In this document: in pieces, positions 29,103 to 38,085 of the stretch
Numbering within the stretch: position 1 is the stretch's first letter
Layout: the number at the start of each line of letters is the position of its first letter
Origin: Bacteroidales bacterium
GTDB lineage: Bacteria > Bacteroidota > Bacteroidia > Bacteroidales > Muribaculaceae
Assembly: GCA_015061005.1 (NCBI GenBank)
Contig: SUXJ01000003.1
Location: 103,129 to 167,128 of the forward strand
Direction: 5' to 3'
DNA: 64,000 bases
The notes under the pieces: model-generated
Database searches by the model: none
What the model was told of the DNA's origin: nothing
The model's input: the letters and a program-made list of their open reading frames with translations, nothing else
Made by a program: the position numbers and the translations under genes

Positions 29103-30764
29103 ATGGATAAGAAAATAATTATAGCAGCAATCATAACGGCTTCAATCGGATTTGGGGCATCGGCTCAGGGTGCGATTGATGCGTTTAAACTATCGGAAAT
29201 GGAGCTGCGCGGAACTGCACGTTATCTCGGCATGGGAGGAGCGTTCGGCGCATTAGGTGGCGATTTGTCAACGCTGAATCAGAACCCGGCAGGTATTGGC
29301 GTTTATCGCAGCAGTGAAATCGGTGCAACTCTCGATGTTGACGCGCAGCGTTTCACCATGGACGGCACAGGCTCTGCCCCTTATACCCATACTCAAACCC
29401 GCGCCGCTTGCAATAATTTCGGATATGTAGGCGCCGTGCGCACCGGATATGATTTGATGCCATATTTTCAATGGGGCGCCACTTACAATAGGGTGAACTC
29501 CTTTGAGCGTTATTATCGAGGATATTTCCCCGAGATTCATACTTCATGGAGCAACTATGTTGCCAACCTATCTAAAGGTTATTCAACCTCAGAATTGCTC
29601 GGCACCCCCGACTATGATCCGTTTTTTGACTCCAACGTGCCTTGGATTTCAGCGCTTGCGTATAACACGATGCTGATAAACCCAATGTCGAACCCAACCG
29701 GAGGGACTCAGAATTACGTAGGTCTCTTCAAAGACGGTTCGACCGGCAACGCGCAAGTTGAAGTCAGAGAAAAGGGTTACGTTGATGAATACTCCTTGAA
29801 TTTTGGCGGAAACTTTCAAGATATGGTATATTGGGGTCTCGGACTTGGTATCACGGACTTGAGCTACACTCAGTGGAGCTACTATGACGAGCAAATCTCA
29901 AACGCTCTCGTTCCCAATGGAAATGATTCGGGTTTGACCAACGGAGCTGCCGAATGGGGCATTGAAAACTATCAAAACGTGAACGGCACGGGGTTTAACG
30001 TCAAATTCGGTTTGATATTCAAACCCGTGAATGAATTTCGAATCGGTTTGGCGGTTCATTCGCCAACGTGGTACAAACTGAACTTTGCTTCCAATGCTTG
30101 GGTTGACTATGGTCTCGGTCAGATTGAAAGCGATGGATACTACACGTTTGACAGCATGGTCGATAAGAATGATTATGCCAATACTCAAGAGGGATATTGG
30201 AGCCGCAAACTCAAGTCTCCTTGGCGATTGATGGGAAGTGCTGCCGGAGTGATAGGCGGCCGGTTTATACTCTCGGCTGATTATGTCTATGAAGCATATC
30301 CGGCAATGACCGTCAGCGATGGTTACGGAGTTTTTGACGAAATCTCGGCAGACGTGAAACAGTATTATCAAGCTGCCCACGAATTGCGCCTTGGTGCAGA
30401 GTTCAGAGTAACTCCTGCGTTCAGTTTGCGTGCAGGCTATGGCTTTAAGACCACTGCTGCGAAAGAAGATGCTCGCAATGGGTATGACTATATCTACACT
30501 TCAGGCACTCAGTCGATATATGAATTTGACGGTAAACGTCAGAATTTCTCATTTGGAATGGGCTATCGATTCGGCCAATTCTATGTGGATCTGGCTTATT
30601 TGCATACCACAAAGACAAGTCAGTGGGACGCTTTCTCGCCGAGTCCTCGAGCATTTGGCGGCGAGGCAATGTATGAATTGGACTCTACGGCGACTTATGG
30701 CCCCCATGCCGAGGTGGTCGACACGCATAATCGTTTTGTCTTAACTCTTGGCTGTAAATTCTAA
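29103..30764 (+). CDS. Outer-membrane beta-barrel protein, FadL/OmpP1/TodX-like (PorV-like N-terminal motif)
   Basis: 553 aa with a signal peptide. The N-terminal motif is GTARYLGMGGAFGALGGDLSTLNQNPAG, strands alternate along the length, and the C-terminal residue is Phe (LGCKF). It starts 29 nt after the preceding gene. Confidence 0.65.
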   Translation: MDKKIIIAAIITASIGFGASAQGAIDAFKLSEMELRGTARYLGMGGAFGALGGDLSTLNQNPAGIGVYRSSEIGATLDVDAQRFTMDGTGSAPYTHTQTRAACNNFGYVGAVRTGYDLMPYFQWGATYNRVNSFERYYRGYFPEIHTSWSNYVANLSKGYSTSELLGTPDYDPFFDSNVPWISALAYNTMLINPMSNPTGGTQNYVGLFKDGSTGNAQVEVREKGYVDEYSLNFGGNFQDMVYWGLGLGITDLSYTQWSYYDEQISNALVPNGNDSGLTNGAAEWGIENYQNVNGTGFNVKFGLIFKPVNEFRIGLAVHSPTWYKLNFASNAWVDYGLGQIESDGYYTFDSMVDKNDYANTQEGYWSRKLKSPWRLMGSAAGVIGGRFILSADYVYEAYPAMTVSDGYGVFDEISADVKQYYQAAHELRLGAEFRVTPAFSLRAGYGFKTTAAKEDARNGYDYIYTSGTQSIYEFDGKRQNFSFGMGYRFGQFYVDLAYLHTTKTSQWDAFSPSPRAFGGEAMYELDSTATYGPHAEVVDTHNRFVLTLGCKF

Positions 30765-32500
30765 TCTCTTATAATTCCAAAGTAATTGCCGCGCAGAATT
30801 AGTTCACTGATTCCTTGCGCGGTTTTTATATCTGTATTGTTTATGGAATCGAGCATAGAAGTGCCGGTTCCGACAAATTCGGGGGTGTCTGCTCCGGCAA
30901 TGTGCAGCATAGTTGGAAAAACGTCAATTTGCATAGTCGGTTTTTCAATGCGTTTGGTCTTTCCGGTGTTCGTGGCGATGAAAACAATAGGGATTTCCGA
31001 GTCGGGTCTCCGATTTACCGATGAGGTCGCAATGTTTTGGGAGTGGTCTGATGCGATTATGAGGATGCTATTGTCATATATGCCATTTTCTTTAAGGAAC
31101 TCAATGAATCTGCCAAGTTGAAAATCAAAGTAGGCACACATGCGCAGATAATTAGCAACGGTTGGCTCAAGGCTTGTGTCGTCGTATATCCATGTGAATC
31201 CGTCAACCCCTTTGTCTTGAAACGGAACGTGCATTGATTCCGTTATAAATTGTATGACGAATGGTTCTTCGGCCTCTGTAATAAAACGCATGCCTCGGAG
31301 AAACATGGCGGCATCGCTGCCAATGTCATTCACTTCGTTGACTGATTCAGCTGCTGAAGAAATGATGGGGAATCCGTATTTCTCAAAGTTTTGATGTTCT
31401 TTCCATGAGTTTGCTTCTCCGGCAAAGACTGCTGCAATGGCCTTGCGACCGAGCTGTGAGGCAAGCGGTTGAAGTTGAATTTTGTGAACAACGTGAAGCG
31501 GAGTAGCCACTCCCTCAAGGGGCAGTAGCCCTGCATTGTAGATTAATTGACCGTCGCCGGAACCTCCCTCTTGGACTTGTGATAACATCAGTGTAGATGC
31601 GATTGTTCCTTCAGCATTTACTAAGGCGTTAAGAGTCGGGGTTACTTCTCTATTGTTGACTTTTCGGTCTATGACTTCGGCATTAAGTGACTCAACTATG
31701 ATGAATATAATGTTTTTGAAGCGATTTTCTGCGAATTCCTCAGTGTTAAACTTGCGTTTTGATTCGTTGATGAAAAGTTTGACTTCTTCCATTTCGGACT
31801 CCGACAATGACTTGCTAATGGTTCGCAACTTTGCCGGAGTTGCCACTATCTTACATAGATAAGCAATCATCCCATTGTCTCTAAGGTATGCCGCCGAGCG
31901 GTGGGGGTGCGTTGTCAGGCGTTGCAAGGTGTTGGCAGCCAGAGTCATCTCTACGCCAAGGTCATTTCGATGATAGCGCCTGTTTTGCTCCGACAATGCA
32001 GTTTGTGACAGTAGAAAACCAACAAGAGAGAGCATGAGCCCTACAAGTTTAATTTTACTCGGAAACTTTGGCTCAGATTTTGTCGAAAGCCGTTTGGCAG
32101 CAATGATGAAAATCAAAATCGGAACGATAAACGTAAGGTCGCTCCACTGTATTAACCCCTTGATGCTATTAATCAACAGCCCGTTAACGTTTTCTGTCAT
32201 TGTCAGACACGAAACCGGCAAAATATCGTTCCAAAATCGGAAATACCATAGATTTATAAGCGAAAAGATGCTGATAAATGCGATAGGGAAACCGATTAAC
32301 CATCGCCATCGAGGAGACAATAACCAAAATAAACACGTTAAACAACAAGCATCGCCCACATTGCGCGCCATGTTAACAATCGTTGCTGCCCGGTCAACGT
32401 TACTTTCGAACGAAAAAAACGTAAGCATTCCGAAAATAGATAAAATCGCAATCAGGTAGAGCGCAAACGAGGATTTGTGCGCGATAAATAGGCGTTTCAT
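30761..32500 (-). CDS. LTA-synthase/sulfatase-family membrane protein (phosphoglycerol- or phosphoethanolamine-transferase-like)
   Basis: 579 aa with N-terminal TM helices and an alkaline-phosphatase-superfamily domain (IIFIIVESLNAEV ... LIIASDHS). Confidence 0.75.
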   Translation of the reverse strand: MKRLFIAHKSSFALYLIAILSIFGMLTFFSFESNVDRAATIVNMARNVGDACCLTCLFWLLSPRWRWLIGFPIAFISIFSLINLWYFRFWNDILPVSCLTMTENVNGLLINSIKGLIQWSDLTFIVPILIFIIAAKRLSTKSEPKFPSKIKLVGLMLSLVGFLLSQTALSEQNRRYHRNDLGVEMTLAANTLQRLTTHPHRSAAYLRDNGMIAYLCKIVATPAKLRTISKSLSESEMEEVKLFINESKRKFNTEEFAENRFKNIIFIIVESLNAEVIDRKVNNREVTPTLNALVNAEGTIASTLMLSQVQEGGSGDGQLIYNAGLLPLEGVATPLHVVHKIQLQPLASQLGRKAIAAVFAGEANSWKEHQNFEKYGFPIISSAAESVNEVNDIGSDAAMFLRGMRFITEAEEPFVIQFITESMHVPFQDKGVDGFTWIYDDTSLEPTVANYLRMCAYFDFQLGRFIEFLKENGIYDNSILIIASDHSQNIATSSVNRRPDSEIPIVFIATNTGKTKRIEKPTMQIDVFPTMLHIAGADTPEFVGTGTSMLDSINNTDIKTAQGISELILRGNYFGIIRD

Positions 32501-32505
32501 ATTGA

Positions 32506-32513
32506 CAAAGTTA
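32506..32513 (-). promoter_or_regulatory. -7 box TAACTTTG upstream of the LTA-synthase-family gene
   Basis: Exact match only 6 nt upstream of the ATG at 32500. This implies a very short leader or a leaderless mRNA if it is functional. Confidence 0.4.
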
Positions 32514-32544
32514 GGAAAAATTTGCGATGTTGAGAAATTTTTCG

Positions 32545-32552
32545 TAACTTTG
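32545..32552 (+). promoter_or_regulatory. -7 box TAACTTTG upstream of rpsF-rpsR-rplI
   Basis: Exact match 52 nt upstream of the rpsF ATG. Confidence 0.6.
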
Positions 32553-32603
32553 CGGCGCTCTTAGAGCATGAATTAATCAACTAACTCTTATTTAATCAAC
32601 AAA

Positions 32604-32972
32604 ATGAACAATTACGAAACCGTTTTCATTCTGACTCCCGTTTTGTCTGATGCTCAGGCAAAGGAAGCGGTAGAAAAGTTCACCAAGTTGCTCACCGACA
32701 ACGGTGCAACCATCGTGAACCAAGAAGATTGGGGCTTGCGTAAACTCGCTTATCCCATTGAAAAGAAAACTACCGGTTACTACACTTTGGTAGAATTCGA
32801 TGCAGAACCCACTGTAATCAAGAAACTCGAAATTGCTTACCGTCGCGACGAACGCGTTATGCGCTTTTTGACTTTCCGTCTCGACAAGTATGCAAAAGAA
32901 TATGCTGACAAGCGTCGCGCTCGCCGCAATGCCCCCGCAGCTAATGTTGAACAAGCTCCCGCAGCTGAATAA
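32604..32972 (+). CDS. rpsF: 30S ribosomal protein S6
   Basis: [12 protein letters not shown]... is the canonical S6 N-terminus, and the gene sits in an rpsF-rpsR-rplI arrangement. Confidence 0.95.
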   Translation: MNNYETVFILTPVLSDAQAKEAVEKFTKLLTDNGATIVNQEDWGLRKLAYPIEKKTTGYYTLVEFDAEPTVIKKLEIAYRRDERVMRFLTFRLDKYAKEYADKRRARRNAPAANVEQAPAAE

Positions 32973-32987
32973 TCATTGACTCTGACT

Positions 32988-33257
32988 ATGGCACAAGCAA
33001 ATACCGAAGTACGCTATCTGTCAACCATGGCGGTCGACAAGAACAAGAAAAAATACTGCCGTTTCAAACGCAGCGGCATCAAGTATGTTGACTATAAGGA
33101 TCCCGAATTCCTCAAGAAGTTCCTCAACGAGCAGGGCAAGTTGCTTCCCCGCCGTATCACTGGCACTTCTTTGAAGTTCCAGCGTCGTGTGGCTCAGGCT
33201 GTTAAGCGCGCTCGCCACCTCGCTCTGCTTCCTTATGTAACTGACCTTATGAAATAA
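32988..33257 (+). CDS. rpsR: 30S ribosomal protein S18
   Basis: Contains KKYCRF...IKYVDYKD...LLPRRITG.S...QR. The ATG at 32988 is preferred over the track TTG at 32976. Confidence 0.92.
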   Translation: MAQANTEVRYLSTMAVDKNKKKYCRFKRSGIKYVDYKDPEFLKKFLNEQGKLLPRRITGTSLKFQRRVAQAVKRARHLALLPYVTDLMK

Positions 33258-33284
33258 CCCCATAAAAGATTAGGAGACAAAGTT

Positions 33285-33740
33285 ATGAAACTGATTCTTA
33301 TTCAAGACGTCCCCAATCTGGGATATAAGGACGACGTAGTAGAAGTAAAATCCGGCTATGGCCGCAACTATCTCATTCCCCAGCGCAAAGCTGTGATTGC
33401 TACTGAAAGCGCTCTCAAAGTTTTGGCTGAAAACCAACGTCAGCGTGCCCACAAGCTCGCTAAGATCAAAGCCGACGCTGAAGCTGCTGCTGCAGCTTTG
33501 GAAGGCATAAGCCTCACCATCGCTGCCAAGGTTGCTGAAACCGGCACTATCTATGGCGCAGTTAACGCTGCTACCGTTGCTGAAGCTCTTGGCAAGCTCG
33601 GTCACGAAGTAGACCGCAAGCTCATCACTCTCAACGCCACTATCAAGGAAGTTGGCAGCTACACTGCTACCATCCGCTTCCACAAGGAAGTTGCCGCTCA
33701 GGTTCCCGTAGAAGTTGTGGCTGAAGTAGCTGAAGCCTAA
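33285..33740 (+). CDS. rplI: 50S ribosomal protein L9
   Basis: MKLILIQDVPNLGYKDDVVEVKSGYGRNYLIPQ is the canonical L9 N-terminus. Confidence 0.95.
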   Translation: MKLILIQDVPNLGYKDDVVEVKSGYGRNYLIPQRKAVIATESALKVLAENQRQRAHKLAKIKADAEAAAAALEGISLTIAAKVAETGTIYGAVNAATVAEALGKLGHEVDRKLITLNATIKEVGSYTATIRFHKEVAAQVPVEVVAEVAEA

Positions 33741-33771
33741 ACAGCATCATTTCTCCCCTGATTATCCAAAG

Positions 33772-33804
33772 CCTCTGAGTCCCAACGGACCTCAGAGGTT
33801 TTTT
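33772..33804 (+). terminator. Rho-independent terminator after rplI
   Basis: Stem CCTCTGAG/CTCAGAGG with an 11-nt loop, followed by TTTTTT. Confidence 0.75.
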
Positions 33805-33839
33805 CTATAATTCTACAGTGTATTTCCCAAAATTATCGC

Positions 33840-33847
33840 TAAATTTG
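33840..33847 (+). promoter_or_regulatory. -7 box TAAATTTG upstream of the TPR/HTH gene
   Basis: Exact match 29 nt upstream of the ATG at 33876. Confidence 0.5.
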
Positions 33848-33875
33848 GACTGTTAAAATATTCTTGGACTTGTTA

Positions 33876-35507
33876 ATGAAACGCATTTTTTTACCGCTAC
33901 TTTTCCTCCTCGTGTTGTTCGGTTGTTCATCAGAACCCGTTCATGATGAATTGCTAAATATAGAGTCGCTCATGGAGACCAATCCGCATGCAGCTTTGGC
34001 TGCATTAGATTCGTTGCAAACAACTCCAATCAGAAGAACGGAAGATAAGGCCATGTTTGCGTTGCTATATAGTCAAGCGTTAGACAAGAATTATATCGAT
34101 GTGGCAAATGATTCTTTGATTATACAAGCTGTACAATTCTTTGATAAGTCAGATAATTTGAGATATCAGATGCTGTCGCATTATTATCATGGCAGAGTAC
34201 ACTATAATGCAAAGGAGTATCCTCGCTCACTTATTTCCATGTTGAAAGCACTGGATCTTGCCGAGCAAATTGAGGACTATTATTGGCATGGACGCATTGC
34301 TGAACAGATTGCTAATATATACGATGCAAATTTTCATACTGAAGACGCCATATTTTACGCCAAAACTGCTTTTAACAGTTTGCAAAAGTCCGGTCGCCAA
34401 CCCTACATTAATTATGCTCTTTTTAGTCTTGCAAGGGTTTATAACAATAATGATAAATGTAATGAGGCTATTAAATATACAAAACAAGTGTTGGACTCAG
34501 CTTACTTGTATAATGATTCAATTCTATTATCAATGAGTAATGACTTATTAGCAATAGCATATGTAGGAGTTGAAGATTTCCATAGCGCTATAGATTGCTT
34601 TGCTCGGATTAAAGAGAGGAAAAAGTTGAATGATAATATGCTGAGTTTGTATGGACTATCGCATCTCGCTATTGGAAATATAGAACATGCGCGTGCTGTT
34701 TTTGAAGAGATGCACGAGTGTTCTACTAAAGATCAGTTATCATTAACATATCAGATTCATAAAAAAAATGGCGATTATAAGTCAGCATTGAATGTGTTGA
34801 GCAACTTATATGATAAATTGAAAATCACGTTTATTTCTGTTAGAGAGCAAAATTTTGGGCAAGCATTAGATGGGCTGTATGCAGAAGAAGTTAGCAAGCA
34901 GAAAGAAGTTCTTAGACGGTCGCATTTGTTGCGTAAAATATATTTCGGCATAGGTGTTTTGATGCTAATAGTAGCGATAGTGATATGTATTTACCTATAC
35001 AAGTATACGAATACAAAAATTCACAAGAATATACTTATAGCACAAAATCTAGAGGAAATTTTGAAGATTAAAGAGTCTGGGCTAGCACAAGCTAATGAGA
35101 CAATTCAAAAACTAATGGGCGCGAGATTTGAGATTATAGATAATTTATGTAAAATTATATATGAGCATAAGGCAACTGGATTAATTAGAAAGAAAATTTC
35201 AGCAGAAATAGAAGCATTAATTGAACAAATGTCTTCAGATTCGAAAAAAATATCAGAATATGAGCAAATTTTAAATGAACATTGCTCAGGCTTAATGGAT
35301 TCATTTAGGGCGGATTTGCCAAATTTGAAACGAGAAGACTATTTATTATTTCTATATACTGCACTTGGGTTTTCGATTAGTGCTATTGCATTGTTCTTGA
35401 AGGTGGACAAACTTGAAGTAATTTACAATAGAAAGGCTCGACTTAAAAATAAAATACGCAAATTAAATACTGAAAATGCAGCAAAGTTTATGGCTTCAAT
35501 GACTTAG
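33876..35507 (+). CDS. Membrane-anchored TPR-repeat protein with C-terminal HTH-like segment (possible one-component regulator)
   Basis: Lipobox LFGCSS, TPR-like repeats, one TM helix (IYFGIGVLMLIVAIVICIYLY), a coiled coil, and a C-terminal DYLLFLYTALGFSISAIALFLKVDKLEVIYNRKARLK resembling a LuxR/sigma-region-4-like HTH. GC is low. Confidence 0.6.
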   Translation: MKRIFLPLLFLLVLFGCSSEPVHDELLNIESLMETNPHAALAALDSLQTTPIRRTEDKAMFALLYSQALDKNYIDVANDSLIIQAVQFFDKSDNLRYQMLSHYYHGRVHYNAKEYPRSLISMLKALDLAEQIEDYYWHGRIAEQIANIYDANFHTEDAIFYAKTAFNSLQKSGRQPYINYALFSLARVYNNNDKCNEAIKYTKQVLDSAYLYNDSILLSMSNDLLAIAYVGVEDFHSAIDCFARIKERKKLNDNMLSLYGLSHLAIGNIEHARAVFEEMHECSTKDQLSLTYQIHKKNGDYKSALNVLSNLYDKLKITFISVREQNFGQALDGLYAEEVSKQKEVLRRSHLLRKIYFGIGVLMLIVAIVICIYLYKYTNTKIHKNILIAQNLEEILKIKESGLAQANETIQKLMGARFEIIDNLCKIIYEHKATGLIRKKISAEIEALIEQMSSDSKKISEYEQILNEHCSGLMDSFRADLPNLKREDYLLFLYTALGFSISAIALFLKVDKLEVIYNRKARLKNKIRKLNTENAAKFMASMT

Positions 35508-35749
35508 AGACCTCATTTTCAGTGAGATAATGGTTTTTTTGTTATGGTGAGGGTTAAATACTTGATTATCAATGCGATATGGGCTGGTGAAAATGTTGCG
35601 ATAAATTTTAGATATTTGTGTCGATGTAACTGTCTGAGTTTCATGGAAATAGGGTTTTAAAAAAACAAATGGTTTTACCCTCAAAATTTTAGTAAATAAA
35701 CGATTCTGATGAAATTTGCATAAATAAAATCAAAAAGTTAAATTTATTT

Positions 35750-36016
35750 ATGGAAAAGTTTATCAAAATTTTGTTAGCAGTTGCACTTTTTTGTTCAAGT
35801 ATGAGTGCCTTAGTAAATGCAGAGTCACCACAAACAGCCACATCAGAATTGCAAACAGTGATTTTAGAGCGAGAAATTGTTCCTCCCATACAATATCTCG
35901 TACCAATTGGTGTAAATATCATTCAATTAGATACTACGGATTTACCATGTGGCATATATAGCGTGTCGTATATTGTTGATGGAGAGGCGATTAATGCCGT
36001 CAAGTTTTCAAAGTAA
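35750..36016 (+). CDS. 88-aa secreted miniprotein: signal peptide followed by a segment resembling a T9SS C-terminal sorting domain
   Basis: MEKFIKILLAVALFCSSMSALVNA, then about 64 aa ending GIYSVSYIVDGEAINAVKFSK. Coding status is not proven. Confidence 0.45.
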   Translation: MEKFIKILLAVALFCSSMSALVNAESPQTATSELQTVILEREIVPPIQYLVPIGVNIIQLDTTDLPCGIYSVSYIVDGEAINAVKFSK

Positions 36017-36097
36017 CTCGACTGTTTTTGATAATTAGTAAAAATATATTAATTTTGGAACTATTAAAGTATTGTCAAACAACTTAATTATGCTGTT

Positions 36098-37219
36098 ATG
36101 AAAAGGTTGATACTACGAATCCCGTTCTTTATAGGGTTGGTCATGGCGTTTGTTGCTAATGCGCAAGAGAAAAGTATTTCTTTGGAACAGGCCTATGAGG
36201 TTGTAAAGGGTTATTATGCAAATTATTTTAATCAAGATTATTGGTTGTTGGCAGAACGTACACAGCAGTGGGAGATATTCGTAGATGAAATGCCGGAAGC
36301 CAATTGGGCGCATGACTGCACAATTTATAAGTTCCCAAATACCGGCGATTTGGCAGTGGATTTGGTCCCTGAAATCATAAAACCTGAACCGCAGATATTT
36401 CCTAATGAAGATGTTGAACCCATTGCTGTAAGTATGGCAATTTATAATGTGACGCCGGGCATGCTGGGAAGCGAAATAGAAAGCGTTAAAAATAAAATTC
36501 ACACATTGACAATCGGCAAGTCGCAACTTAATGAGGCGGATATTTATGATATGAGTAATTGTGTGAATCCGGGTAAGTTGGGTCAAATTTGCATGAATGA
36601 AGTAGTGCTTGAAAACAATGCTATCCCAGATTATGCGTTTGCTTCTCATGCAGTTAATGGCAGCGGTTTTAATGTTTTACAACGCATATCACTTCCGCAA
36701 GAGGTTGAATCCATTGGCTCTAATGCATTCAATGGCTGCGATTTTGAAAATATCACCTTTCCGTCATCGGTCAAAACTCTGGGCACTTCGAGTTGTGCTA
36801 ATTGGGAAAGAATAAAGTGGATATATTCCGAGGCTGTGATTCCTCCGGTGTGTGTGGGAGGTAATGCTTTTGGTGGTTTTACTCCCAACTCTACCCCGGT
36901 ATATGTTCCTATAGGCTCAGCCGAGGCGTATCGCTCCGCCCCGGGTTGGGATTATTTTACCACATTTATTGAAACCGATGAGGCTCCTTCAGCGTCAATA
37001 GACTCCGTTGGAATGAATAACGAGGATAATTCAAATGTATATTGGGACAGTGGTTCGCTGATTCTTGAATCAGATGTGGAGAGCGCAAGCTATGCGGTAT
37101 ATGATGTTGAAGGCAGGTGTGTTGCCACCGGTGTGATGTCATCATCAAAGTTGGCGCTGTTGATGCCTCAAGGCATATACGTTGTGAAAATCGGTGATCA
37201 GGTCCACAAAATTATCTAA
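36098..37219 (+). CDS. BspA-type leucine-rich-repeat protein with T9SS C-terminal sorting domain
   Basis: Signal peptide, LRR_5-like units (IPDYAFAS...ISLPQEVESIGSNAFNGC.FENITFPSSVKTLG), and a C-terminal domain ending GIYVVKIGDQVHKII. Confidence 0.75.
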   Translation: MKRLILRIPFFIGLVMAFVANAQEKSISLEQAYEVVKGYYANYFNQDYWLLAERTQQWEIFVDEMPEANWAHDCTIYKFPNTGDLAVDLVPEIIKPEPQIFPNEDVEPIAVSMAIYNVTPGMLGSEIESVKNKIHTLTIGKSQLNEADIYDMSNCVNPGKLGQICMNEVVLENNAIPDYAFASHAVNGSGFNVLQRISLPQEVESIGSNAFNGCDFENITFPSSVKTLGTSSCANWERIKWIYSEAVIPPVCVGGNAFGGFTPNSTPVYVPIGSAEAYRSAPGWDYFTTFIETDEAPSASIDSVGMNNEDNSNVYWDSGSLILESDVESASYAVYDVEGRCVATGVMSSSKLALLMPQGIYVVKIGDQVHKII

Positions 37220-37246
37220 TCCCTTAAATCACGATAAGAGCATGGC

Positions 37247-37285
37247 CCTTCTGATGTATGCGTCAGGAGGACTATGTTTGTTTTC
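37247..37285 (+). terminator. Hairpin after the LRR T9SS gene
   Basis: Stem CCTTCTGA/TCAGGAGG with one G-U pair, followed by a T-rich stretch (ACTATGTTTGTTTTCG). Confidence 0.4.
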
Positions 37286-37355
37286 GTGGGGTGGGGTGAA
37301 CGCTTCGCGTGGGTCAGTTGTTATGATTCTGATAACATAATCATGCAATTGAACT

Positions 37356-37982
37356 ATGAAACGAACATTGTTAATGGGCTTGGCTTCGGGATTGCTCCTA
37401 ATGTCCTTGGTCGGGTGCTCGCCTTATACGTTGGTGAACTCCGAAACGTATAATGATGCAGATTTGTCGGCGTATAAGACTTTCAGAATTGTCACTCCCG
37501 ATGAGGGCAGTTTACCCAACGGAATGGCAATGGTGACCTACTATAACATCGCCGCTGCTATTCGTGAACAGATGATTGAGCGTGGATTCACCCCCGCCGA
37601 TGATTCGCCATTGCTTGTGAATATCGCGGTTACCGTTCAAAGGCGAGTGGACACAGAACCGGCTTATCCATATGGACCAATGGGACCCGCGTTCGGCCCC
37701 GGCCCGGGTCCGTGGGGCGGTTTCTATCCGAGCTTTATTTATCCTCGATACTATTATTGGAATCCTGATGCTCAAGTAATTACCGGGATTTACAAAGAGG
37801 GAGTCTTGACAGTAGATATGGTTAATATCGACAGAAAGTTGCCGCTATTCTCGGCATCGGTGGCCACTATTATCGATGGTTCGCAGGGTCAATATAGGAA
37901 TTTGAAGGGCATTGCCGAAGCGGTCAATACGTTGTTTTCTAAATTCCCTGTGCCACCATTGGCAGAATATCAGAGAAAATAG
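37356..37982 (+). CDS. DUF4136-like lipoprotein
   Basis: Lipobox LVGCS and a YKTFRIV motif near the N-terminus. Family assignment is from memory. Confidence 0.55.
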   Translation: MKRTLLMGLASGLLLMSLVGCSPYTLVNSETYNDADLSAYKTFRIVTPDEGSLPNGMAMVTYYNIAAAIREQMIERGFTPADDSPLLVNIAVTVQRRVDTEPAYPYGPMGPAFGPGPGPWGGFYPSFIYPRYYYWNPDAQVITGIYKEGVLTVDMVNIDRKLPLFSASVATIIDGSQGQYRNLKGIAEAVNTLFSKFPVPPLAEYQRK

Positions 37983-38048
37983 CAACTATAACTCGGCGGA
38001 TTTTGCGGATTATCGACTTCATTTAGCTGATTATTCAAGGATTTTCGT

Positions 38049-38056
38049 TAAATTTG
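38049..38056 (+). promoter_or_regulatory. -7 box TAAATTTG upstream of lepA-nhaA
   Basis: Exact match 30 nt upstream of the lepA ATG. Confidence 0.6.
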
Positions 38057-38085
38057 CAGATTATAACGAATATACCCACTGATAA

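Noticed and set aside
30761-30764. Convergent genes with overlapping or abutting stop codons: CTAA at 30761-30764, zero spacing at 55588/55589, and a 23-nt overlap at 13040-13062.
   Set aside because: This is common in compact bacterial genomes. It is worth noting only because it leaves no room for terminators, and there is no evidence of special regulation.
35548-35683. Possible invertible promoter: TGAGGGTTAAA (35548-35558) versus TTTTACCCTCA (35673-35683) flanking about 115 nt upstream of the mini-ORF.
   Set aside because: Only about 7-9 nt pair and there is a mismatch, which is far shorter than known Bacteroidales inverton repeats. There is no recombinase in the window and no clear promoter between the arms.
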